Of a stretch of DNA of 64,000 nt, positions 24,757-36,491 are shown piece by piece. Source of the stretch: Dipteris shenzhenensis (lineage: Eukaryota); the NCBI GenBank assembly GCA_047967505.1, contig CM106538.1. One strand, written 5' to 3'. The notes under the pieces are model-generated. The model was given only the letters and a program-made list of their open reading frames with translations. It was not told the DNA's origin and searched no databases. Every line of letters begins with the position of its first letter. Within the stretch, counting starts at the first letter, position 1. The position numbers were made by a program, and so were the translations under genes.

Positions 24757-27700
24757 TGTGGGGGTTAAAGGTCACTGTGCCTTTACCCCGGTTATGTACA
24801 ATACTCAAACACATATATAAATGAATGAAAAAGAAGATTAGGGTGGTTCTGCACCCACCAAACTTGTCTGGCTCTGTGTCTCTCTCTCCTTCTTCCATCC
24901 TTGCTTCCGTTGAGAGCTCTCTCAACTGTTTTCAAAGAAAAAGTCGTTTTTTGAGCTTTTCCATGTTCCGTTCGATGACAGAGACTCCATATTGACTTGT
25001 AGAGGCAACTATTGCTTACTTTTGGTGTCCACATTACTTCAGGAGCTTGGAAACACCTTCATTCTTGAATCTGAGATCATTTCAGTGGATTTCTGACTCA
25101 CTGTGTCAGTTCCTACGTTTTTTGCCCGGGTGTTGGAACTCAAGTTTGGAGCAACCATTTGCAGATCTGTCAGTTCTGGTGGACTCAAGAGGTCCTAAAA
25201 CTTCTATGTTGCTCATCATTCGCACTCTGGTGGAGTTTACAAACAGCTCTGTTTCAAAAAACGTTTTTCAGCCCGTGTGTTGGACCCAGTGATTGAGACC
25301 ACGGTTTCCAAAACCGTCTGTCCCATTATTGCGTTCCGGACGCCCAAAAACCCCTACCTGTCAGTTCTTGCGCAATTCGGTGGAGGATTTTCAGAGTTAT
25401 AGATCTCTATGTATTCGATTTCGTCTCTCTGTTATGCATTTTTCATTCTAAGGTTTTGAAACCTTAGATTTATGCCACATGGCAGTGGATAAGTGTTGAC
25501 TCCCATTTCTCACTCATCGGCGGTTGGGATTTTGGAGTTCTGGCAGAAGAGAGATATTTGCAGATTTTCTTGCTCATTCCGATTATGCAATGGCGCCCAT
25601 GTTTTGAGGCATCTCAGGTTCTATTTTCAGTAGCGCTCATTACCGTGGGACTATGATTTCTTGAGCATACCTTATGCAGATCACTCTGGTTGCAGTTTGA
25701 GCAGTGTGCGCTCATTCGTGGTGTGCATTGGGTTGCAGTGGATGATTTATAGGCCATTTGGATGCATTGCGGTCCTTATTGGATGCGCTGATAGGCCCAA
25801 ATTGCCTTGTGGGATGCTATTTTTATGGACGCTTTGCACATGGATGCTATTTTAAGCTGAGGGACAGCTTTGACACATTGCAGGTGATGCACTGATAGTG
25901 CTATGCTCTCTTGGATGAGATATTATTGATGCATGCGCCAGTGGACGGTGTTTATGCTTGAGTCATTTGGCACTTATTGGCATTTTCGTTTGGGCCAGAT
26001 TTGCTCATATGGATGCATAGTATATGCACATGAGTCAGATGCATCTTTTGATGCTTTGAGCTTTGAATTTTGGTGATATTTCACTCTATTGTGGCATACA
26101 CATTTGGGTGCACCTAGTATTTGGTGTGATTCTCTCTTGAGGCACTAGCATTTGGGATTTTGCTTTATTTGCATCATGGCATCCTCTTCCACGTCTGAAA
26201 AGGAGTTTTTCAGCATTAAAAAGTTTGATGGGACAAACTTTTCTTTGTGGAAAGAACAAATAAGGAATGTGCTTATTCAAAAGAAGCAGATTAAACCCTT
26301 GGCAGTGATTGAAGCTAAGCTTGGAAATATGTCTGAGGATGATTGGAATGAGTTGGATGCATTAGCAAAGTCTACTATTAGACTTCATCTTGTAGAGTCT
26401 GTTTATTTCACAGTAGTAAATGAGCAGACTACGGAAGATTTGTGGAAGAAACTGTGTGCCACTTATGAGAAGGAAACCGCCTCTAATAAAGTTTACCTCA
26501 TGAAGAGGTTGTTTGAGCTGCAGATGAAGGAAGGGGTCTCCATTGCTTCTCACTTGAATGAATTCAATATTATTTTCAGCCAGCTTCAGGCTCAGAAAAT
26601 GAATTTTGATGCGGAGACTAAGGCAATATTTCTCTTATGTTCATTGCCATCCTCATGGGATACCTTCCGTACAGCTGTCAGTAACTCTGCACCTGGTGGA
26701 GTACTGAAATTTGATGATGTTGTGGGTAGCTTGTTGGCCGAGGAGATTAGACGGAAGTCTATGGATGGCAACAAGCAAGATGCAGCCTTAAATGTGCAAA
26801 GGGGTAGATCACAGTTCAGGGGGAAGTCCCAAGAAAGAGGGAAGTCTCGTAGCAAAATCCAGGGCACGGAACATTGAGTGTTACCATTGTGGCAAGAAGG
26901 GCCATATGAAAAAGGATTGCTACAAGCTGAAAAGAGAGCAAAAGGATAAGAAAAAGAATGCAAATTGGGGTGCAAATAAAAAGGAAGAGAGTCCAAGGGA
27001 CGACAAAGGAAAAGTGAAGATCGAGGAGATCAATGCAGTCACACATGATAGTGACAATGATGTTCTCTTCATGTCTACTTTATCTGCAGAGTTGCTTACC
27101 ACTTCAGATGATGCATATTCCCAGGATTGGATTTTGGATTCTGGTGCTTCATTCCATGTTACTCCCCATAGGGAATGGTTCTCCACTTATGACAGTGGAA
27201 AGACAGGTTGTGTGCATCTTGGAAATGACTATGCATGTGACATAGTGGGAGCAGGTGACATAAAGTTTTTTTTTGCAAATGGGTCTGCATTTGTTTTGAA
27301 ACATGTGAGACATGTGCCTAAGCTGACCAAGAGTCTTATTTCAGTGGGTCAACTAGATGATGCTGGTTTTCACACCACTTTTGGCTTTTAGAGTTGGAAA
27401 ATTAAGAAGGGCTCTATGCTTTTGGCCAGGGGTGCCAAGTGTGGGACTTTGTATCCCTTATATGTATCAGGGGTATTTGATCATGTTGTTGCAATAATCG
27501 AGCAGCCAAGCACTTCTTTGTGGCATTGCAGGTTGGGGCACATGAGCCAGAATGGAATGAAACTCTTATGCCGTTTGGGTTATGTACCACATTTGAGTTT
27601 CTCTGATTTTGAATTTTGTGAGCATTGTCTCTATGGGAAGCAGACTAAATCAGCCCATAAAAGAAGGGGAAAGAAAGAGTTTGAAAAGCTTGACTTGGTG

Positions 27701-29446
27701 CATTCAGATGTATGTGGTCCCATGCCTACATGGTCATTAGGCGGGGCTGAATACTATGTGACATTCATTGATGATGCAACTAGGAAAATGTGGGCTTATG
27801 CTATAGCTCGGAAGAGTGATGTGTTCCAGGTATTTCAGAAATGGCTGGCCTTGGTTGAGAATCAGTCAGGTAGAATGCTTAAATGCCTACGGACTGACAA
27901 TGGTGGAGAGTATCTCTCTCATGACTTTCAGCATTTCTGTGATACACGTGGGATTAAGAGGGAGCTCACATCCCCTCGTACTCTAGAGCAAAATCCAGTT
28001 GCAGAAAAGATGAACCGTACCATTCAAGAAAGGTTGCAACGCATGCTTTCCAATGCAAGTCTTTGGGCTGAGGCAATGAAAACTGCAGTGCATGTGATCA
28101 ATAGATCACCTAGTAAGAGTTTGGATGGTGGTATTCCTGAAGAGGCATGGAGTGGCAAGAAGCCCTCTTACTCTGATTTGCGTATATTTGGGTGTGAGGC
28201 ATATGCACATGTGCCAAAAGAGCTTCGAAAGAAGCTAGATCCTAAGTCTAGGAAATGCATCTTTCTGGGTTATGGTGAAAGTGGAGAGATGGGCTATCGT
28301 CTCTGGGATCCAAAAGCAAAGAAGATCATACGTAGCCATGATGTGGTCTTCAATGAGAAGAAGATGCATAAGGCACCCATGAGGGATGTGGAAATGAGGA
28401 GAACCACTTTCCAGGATGTGAATCCACCTGCATATGTTGATAGACAGCAAGCTATCCATGCACCAAATGTGCAAGAAATGGTACAACCAAGTACTCCCAT
28501 AGGTATACAATCAAGGGTAGATGATGGATCATCTATTGGTGGAAATGATGAGCCAAATGTGGCTGATATGCAAGTGGGACAGCAAGCTGAAATGCCCTTG
28601 AGAAGATCATCTAGAGTGTCTAGACCGCCTGATAGGTTTGTTCCAGGGGTAGACTATGTGATGCTTACTGATTGCGGGGAGCCTTCTTGCTACAAAGAGG
28701 CTATGATGCGTGAGGATCAATGCAAGTGGGAGTATGCTATGCAATCAGAGATGAGTTCACTTATGAAGAATAAGACTTGGGACTTGGTTTCTTTGCCACA
28801 TGGAAAGAAAGCATTGCCATGTAAATGGGTCTACAAAATGAAGGTCACAAGTGATGATGTGCCTAGGTACAAGGCCCGTTTGGTTGCTAAAGGGTTCAAG
28901 CAAGAGAAGGGTGTGGACTTTGATGAGATATTCTCTCCAGTTGTGAAGATGACCACACTTAGATGCATGCTTGGACTAGTGGCAGTAGAGGATATGGAGC
29001 TTATGCAAATGGATGTCAAGACAACTTTCTTGCATGGGGATTTGCATGAGGAAATTTACATGGTGCAGCCGGAAGGCTTTGAAGAAAAGGGCAAAGAGCA
29101 TTTAGTTTGCAAGCTGAAGAAGAGTCTCTATGGTCTTAAGCAAGCACCTAGAGAATGGTATCAGAAGTTTGATGCTTTCATTCAGTCCCAGGGTTTTAGA
29201 AGGAGTGAAATTGATCACTGCCTCTACACTAAAAGGGCTAAGGATAATAGCCTGATAATCTTGGCACTATATGTGGATGATATGCTATTGGCTAGCAAGA
29301 ATACTTATGAGCTAGATGCATTAAAGGCCAAGTTGCATGAGGCCTTTGATATGAAGGATTTGGGACTTGCAGGTCATATTCTTGGTATGTGCATCACGCG
29401 TGATCAGAGTAGGAAACTCCTTTGGCTTTCACAAAAAGAGTATGTT
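24757..29446 (+). mobile_element. Ty1/Copia element 2 (Tnt1/Tork-like motifs), PBS deleted, 3'-truncated within RT
   Basis: Short LTR 24757-24924 (TGTGG...CTCA) homologous to 43578-43748; gag-PR-INT-RT order; ends at LSQKEYV and joins satellite. Confidence 0.92.
26176..29446 (+). pseudogene. gag-pol: Copia Gag-Pol polyprotein, disrupted and truncated
   Basis: KFDGTNFSLWK; CYHCGKKGHMKKDC; WILDSGASFH; WHCRLGH..CEHC; VHSDVCGP; RTDNGGEY; YKARLVAKGF; LYVDD. Frameshift at ~26854-26857, stop at 27389-27391, no RNase H. Confidence 0.93.
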
Positions 29447-30268
29447 ACCACTAGTGGGGAATGGTAGTGATGCCAATCTCATGCTGGCAACTATATAATG
29501 ACATTGAGATCATCAAACTCACATTTGCATTGGAATCGGACACCACTCTCCTATGATCACTAGAATACCCCTCCTAGAATAGTAGGCTAAACATTTGTAC
29601 AAGTGGAGAATGGCAGTGGTGCCAATCTCTTATTAGGCCCTAATAAATGGCATTGAGAAGCCTAAACTCACATGTGCATTCTTCTATGTAGTGATGACTG
29701 TCTCCACTTTGTAGAGATCATATGGATTTGTGTCAATCTGTGTGGAGAATGCCAGTAGTGGAGAATGGCAGTGGTGCCAATCTCATACCATGATGTGAAA
29801 ACATGCACAAGCAATCCTAAACTCACATGTGCATTTGTACTTTTGCCATTATCCTACTGCAGCGAATAAAATTAGTGGAATGTCAATCTATAGGTTTAGT
29901 TTGTCTAGATTACCACTAGTGGAGAATGGCAGTGATGCCAATCTCATGCTGGCAACTACATAATTTCATTGAGATCATCAAACTGACATGTGGAATGGAA
30001 TCGGACACCACTCTTCTATGATCACTAGAATACCCCTCCTAGAATAGTAGGGTAAACATTTGTACAATTGGAGAATGGCATGTGGTGCCAATCTCTTATT
30101 AGGCACTAAGAGATGGCATTGAGAAGCATAAACTGACATGTGCATTCTTCTATGTATTCTCCATAGAGATTGACACAAATCTCTATGGAGAATGGCAGTG
30201 GTGCCAATCTCATACCATGACCTGAAAACATGCGTTGGCACTTTTGCCATTATCCTACTACCATTCTC
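29447..30268 (-). repeat. Satellite block 3 (inverted)
   Basis: Reverse-complement monomers. Confidence 0.95.
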
Positions 30269-30938
30269 ACAAGGACATTAAAATATTGGCTCATTATGAG
30301 AAACCTCATCATGGCCATATAGAAATATATAGAGGAGTGTAGAATTTGCAAATAGGAGAGCAAGCATCTTGAGCCACTATCAATATTGTCACATCCAAAT
30401 GAAAAAAATCATTCTTTTAATAAAAAGTGGTCATATCCCCCAGGCACTTGCTATGGTTTGTTACATCCATATGTATAAGAGTGTTCTATTCAAAAGCAGC
30501 CATAATTTTTTGTATATCAATCCAATTTTCTTCTCCATCGTCAATAAAATGTACTACGAACTTTCCGATATACGGACGTAGTAAATCGTTCATAAGCATG
30601 ACGAAGGTCGCTGGAGCATTGGTAAGTCCGAAGGGCATTACCAAAAACTCATAATGACCAGTGTAGAGAGGTGAACCTTTTAGATGCAAACTTGTCCATT
30701 TTCCTTCATTTGTATCCAAAGTAATTACAAATTTATGACCCCCTTAACTTGTGATTGATTGTTGAAGGTCTTCTACATTGAATTTGAACATTTGGAGTTA
30801 TAGCGCAAAAGTTATAGCTATTTTACTATTCTCTTAATATTCCATGCAATTAAGTTCTATTACTTGTATATATGTTTTTGTAAAATTAATTTAGGAAAAT
30901 ATAATGAATATTTCAATGTGACAATTTAGGCCATTCAG
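30269..30938. other. Non-satellite patchwork island at an orientation switch
   Basis: 670 bp unrelated to the satellite; flanks are in opposite orientation; no LTR, TIR or TSD seen. Confidence 0.8.
30537..30662 (-). pseudogene. Ty3/Gypsy-type reverse transcriptase fragment (42 codons)
   Basis: [42 protein letters not shown] is the canonical Gypsy RT segment; similarity stops abruptly on both sides. Confidence 0.88.
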
Positions 30939-31277
30939 TACATAGAAGAATGCACATGTGAGTTTAGGATTCTCAATGCCATTTCTTAGGGCAAGCATGA
31001 GATTGGCATCACTGCCATTCTCCGCTAGTGGTAATCTAGACAAACTAAACCTATAGATTGACATTCCACTAATTTTATTGGCTCCAGTAGCATAATGGCA
31101 AAAGTACCAATGCACATGTGAGTTTAGGATTCCTTGTGCATGTTTTCAGGTCATGGTATGAGATTGGCACCACTGCCATTCTCGACTGGTGGCATTCTCC
31201 AGAGAGATTGACACAATTCCATATGATCTCTACACATCGAAGACTGTGATCACTACATAAAAGAATGCACATTACCA
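30939..31277 (+). repeat. Satellite block 4 (short, forward)
   Basis: About two forward monomers between two filler islands. Confidence 0.9.
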
Positions 31278-31356
31278 AACCTCATCCCAGACCCTGTGAA
31301 GATAAGTAACCGTCTGGAAGATGGCATCAACCTGAAGTGGTGTCATGGCAACTTTG

Positions 31357-34300
31357 CCACTGTGTAGAGATCATATGCAATTGTGTCAATCTCTTATTAG
31401 GCCCTGGAATTTCAATCTATAGGTTTAGTTTGTCTAGACTACCACTAGTGGGGAATGGCAGTGATGCCAATCTCATGCTGGCAACTATATAATGACATTG
31501 AGATCATCATACTCACATTTGGATTGGAATAGGACACCACTCTCCTATGATCACTAGAATACCCCTCCTAGAATAGTAGGGTAAACATTTGTATAAGTGG
31601 AGAATGGAAGTGGTGCCAATATCTTATTAGGCCTTAATAAATGGCATTAATAAGCCTAAACTCACATGTGCATTCTTCTACGTAGTGATCACTGTCTCCA
31701 CTTTGTAGAGATCATATGGATTTGTGTCAATCTCTGTGGAGAATGCCACCAGTGGAGAATGGCAGTGGTGCCAATCTCATACCATGACGTGAAAACATGC
31801 ACAAGGAATCCTAATCTCACATGTGCATTTGTACTTTTGCCATTATCCTACTGTACCCATAAAATTAGTGGAATGTCAATCTATAAGTCTAGTTTGTCTA
31901 GATTACCACTAGTGGAGAATGGGAGTGATGCCAATCTCACACTGGCAACTACATAATGTCACTGAGATCATCAAACTCACATGTGGAATGGAATCAAACA
32001 CCACTCTTCTATGATCACTAGAATACCCCTCCTAGAATAGTAGGGTAAACATTTGTACAAGTGGAGAATGGTAGTGGTGCCAATCTCTTATTAAGCCCTA
32101 AGAAATGGCATTGAGAAGCGTAAACTAACATGTGCATTCTTCTGTGTATTCTCCACAGAGATTGACACAAATCTCTGTGGAGAATGGCAGTGGTGCCAAT
32201 CTCATACCATGACCTGAAAACATGCAATTGCACTTTTGGCATTATCCTACTGCCATTCTTCGCTAGTGGTAATGTGCATTATTCTATGTAAGGATCACAG
32301 TCTCCAATGTGTAGATTTCATATGCAATTGTGTCAATCTCTGTGGAGAATGCCACCACTGCAGAATGGTAATGGTGCCAATCTCATACCATGACCTTAAA
32401 ACATGCACAAGGAATCCTAAACTCACATGTGCATTGGTACTTTTGCCATTATCCTACTGCAGCCAATAAAATTAGTGGAATGTCAATCTATAGATTTAGT
32501 TTGTCTAGATTACCACTAGCGAAGAATGGCAGTGATGCCAATCTCATGCTTGCCCTAAGAAATGGCATTGAGAATCCTAAACTCACATGTGCATTATTCT
32601 ATGTAGTGATCACTGTCTACGCGATGTAGAGATCAGATGGAATTGTGCCAATCTCTTATTAGGCCCTGGAATGTCAATCTATAGGTTTAGTTTTTCTGGA
32701 CTACCACTAGTGGGGATAGGCAGTGATGCCAATCTCATGATGGCAACTATATGATGACATTGTGATCATCAAACTCACGTTTGGATTGGGATCGGACACC
32801 ACTCTCCTATGATGACTAGAATACCCCTCCTAGAATAGTAGGGTAAACACTTGTACAAGTGGAGAATGGCAGTGGTGCCAATCTCTTATTAGGCCCTAAG
32901 AAATGGCATTCAGAAGCCTAAACTCACATGTGAATTCTTCTATGTAGTGATCACCGTCTCCACTGTGTAGAGATCATATGGAATTGTGTCAATCTCTGTG
33001 GAGAATGCCGCCAGTGGAGAATGGCAGTGGTGCTAATCTCATAACATGACCTGAAAACATGCACAAGGAATCCTAAACTCACATGTGCATTGGCACTTTT
33101 GCCATTATCCTACTGCAGCCAATAAAATTAGTGGAATGTCAATCTATAGGTTCAGTTTGTCTAGATTCCCACTAGCGGAGAATGGTAGTGATGCCAATCT
33201 CATGCTGTCTAGACTACCACTAGTGTGGAATGGAATCAGACACCACTCTCCTATGATCACTGGAAGACCCCTCCTAGAATAGTAGGGTAAACATTTGTAC
33301 AAGTGGAGAATGGCAATGGTGCCAATCTCTTATTAGGCCCTAGGAAATGGCATTGAGAAGCCAAAACTCACATGTGCATTCTTCTATGTAGTGATCACTG
33401 TCTCCGCTATGGAGAGATCATATGGAATTGTGTCAATCTCTGTGGAGAATGCCACCAATGGAGAATGGCGGTGGTGCCAATCTTATACCATGACCTGAAA
33501 ACATGCACAAGGAATCCTAAACTCACATGTGCATTGGCACTTTTGCCATTATCCTACTGCAGCCACTAAAATTAGTGGAATGTCAATCTGTAGGTGTAGT
33601 TTGTCTAGATTACCACTAGCGGAGAATGGCAGTGATGCCAATCTCATGTTGGCAACTACATAATGACACTGAGATCATCCAACTCACATCTGGAATGGAA
33701 TAGGACACCACTCCTATGATCATTGGAATACCCCTCCTATAATGGTAGGGTAAACATTTGTACAAGTGGAGAATGGCAGTGGTGCGAATCTCTTATTAGG
33801 CCCTAAGAAATGGCATTGAGAAGCCTAAACTCACATGTGTGGAGATCATATGGATTTGTGTCAATCTCTTTGGAGAATGCCACCAATTGAGAATGGCAGT
33901 GGTGCCAATCTCATACCATGACCTGACAACATGCACAAGGAATCCTAAACTCACATGTGCATTCCTCTATGTAGTGATCACTGTCTCCGCTGTGTAGAGA
34001 TCATATGGAATTTTGTCAATCTCTGAGATCATCAAACTCACATGTGGAATGGATTAGGACACCACTCTCCTATGATCATTGGAACCCCTCCTATAATAGT
34101 AGGGTAAACATTTGTACAAGTGGAGAATGGCAGTGGTGCCAATCTCTTATCAGGCCCTAAGAAATAGCATTGAGAAGCCTAAACTCACATGTGCAGAGAT
34201 CATATGGATTTGTGTCAATCTCTGTGGAGGAGAATGGCAGTGGTGCCAATCTCATACCATGACCTGACAACATGCACAAGGAATCCTAAACTCACATGTG

Positions 34301-35580
34301 CATTCCTCTATGTAGTGATCACTGTCTCTGCTGTGTAGAGATCATATAGAATTGTGTCAATCTCTGTGGAGAATGCCACCAGTGGAGAATGGTAATGGTG
34401 CCAATCTCATTCCATGCCTGAAAACATGCACAAGCAATCCTAATCTCACATGTGCATTCTTCTATGTAGTGATCACTGTCTCCACTGTGTAGAGATCATA
34501 TGGAATTTTGTCAATCTCTATGGAGAATGCCACTAGTGGAGAATGGTAGTGGTGCCAATCTCGTACCATGACCTGAAAACATGCACAAGGAATCCTAAAC
34601 TCACATGTGCATTCTTCTATGTAGTGATCACTGTCTCCGCTGTGTAGAGATCATATGGAATTGTGTCAATCTCTGAGATCATAAAACTCACATGTGGAAT
34701 GGATTAGGACACCACTCTCCTATGATCATTGGAACCCCTCCTATAATAGTAGGGTAAACATTTGTACAAGTGGAGAATGGCAGTGGTGCCAATCTCTTAT
34801 CAGGCTTTAAGAAATAGCATTGAGAAGCCTAAACTCACATGTGCAGAGATGATATGGATTTGTGTCAATCTCTGTGGAGGAGAATTGCAGTGGTGCCAAT
34901 CTCATACCATGACCTGAAAACATGCACAAGGAATCCTAAACTCAAATGTGCATTCTTCTATGTAGTAAAAACTGTCTTCGCTGTGTAGAGATCATATGGA
35001 ATTGTGTCAATCTCTGTGGAGAATGCCACCATTGGAGAATGGCAGTGGTGCCAATCTCACACCATGAGCTGAAAACATGCACAAGGAATCCTAAACTCAC
35101 ATGTGCATTAGCACTTTTGCCATTATCCTACTGCCATTCTCCGCTAGTGGTAATGTGCATTCTCCTATCTAGTGATCACTGTCTCCATCATATAAATTTG
35201 TGTCAATCTCTGTGGACAATGCCACCAGTGGAGAATGGGAGTGGTGCCAATCTCATACCATGTCCTGAAAGCATGCACAAGGAATCCTAAACTCACATGT
35301 GCATTGGCACTTTTGCCATTATCCTACTGCCATTCTCCGCTAGTGGTAATGTGCATTCTTCTATGTAGTGATCACAGTCTTCGATGTGTAGAGATCATAT
35401 GGAATTGTGTCAATCTCTCTGGAGAATGCCACCAGTGGAGAATGGCAATGGTGCCAATCTCATACCATGACATTAAAACATGCACACGGAATCCTAAACT
35501 CACATTGCATTGGTACTTTTGCCATTATCCTACTGTAGCAAATAAAATTAGTGGAATGTCTATCTATAGGTTTAGTTTGT
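31357..35580 (-). repeat. Satellite block 5 (inverted)
   Basis: Reverse-complement monomers; preceded by a 79-bp non-satellite filler at 31278-31356. Confidence 0.95.
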
Positions 35581-36491
35581 AGTAGTCTAGACAAACTAAA
35601 CCTCTAGATTGACATTCCAGGGCCTAATAAGAGATTGACACAATTGCATATGATCTCTACACAGGGGAGACAGTGATCACTACATAGAAGAATGCACATG
35701 TGAGTTTAGGATTCTCAATGCCATTCTCCCCTAGTGGTAATCTTAGGGCAAGCATGAGATTGGCATCACTACCATTCTCCGCTAGTGGTAATCTAGACAA
35801 ACTAAACCTATAGATTGACATTCCACTAATTTTATTGGCTGCAGTAGGATAATGGCAAAAGTGCCAATGCACATGTGAGTTTAGGATTCCTTGTGCATGT
35901 TTTCAGGTCATGGTATGAGATTGGCACCACTGCCATTCTCCACTGGTGGCATTCTCCATAGAGATTGACACAATTCCATATGATCTCTACATAGAGGAGA
36001 TAGTGATCACTACATAGAAGAATGCACATGTGAGTTTAGGCTTCTCAATGCTATTTTCTAGGGCCTAATAAGAGATTGGCACCACTGCCATTCTCCACTT
36101 GTACAAATGTTTACCCTACTGTTCTAGGAGTGGTATTCCAGTGATCATAGGAGAGTGGTGGCCGATTCAAATCCAAATGTGAGTTTGATGATCTCAATGT
36201 CATTATATAGTTGCGAGCATGAGATTGGCATCACTGCCATTCCCCACTAGTGGTAGTCTAGACAAACTAAACCTATAGATTGACATTCCAGGGCCTAATA
36301 AGAGATTGACACAATTCCATGTGATCTCTACACACTGGAGACAGTGATCACTACATAGAAGAATGCACATGTGAGTTTAGGATTCTCAATGCCATTTCTT
36401 AGGGCCTAATAAGAGATTGGCACCACTGCCATTCTTTGTTAGTGGTAATCTAGATAAACTAAACCTATAGATTGATGTTTACGCTACTATT
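35581..36491 (+). repeat. Satellite block 6 (forward)
   Basis: Begins at a foldback junction with block 5. Confidence 0.93.
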
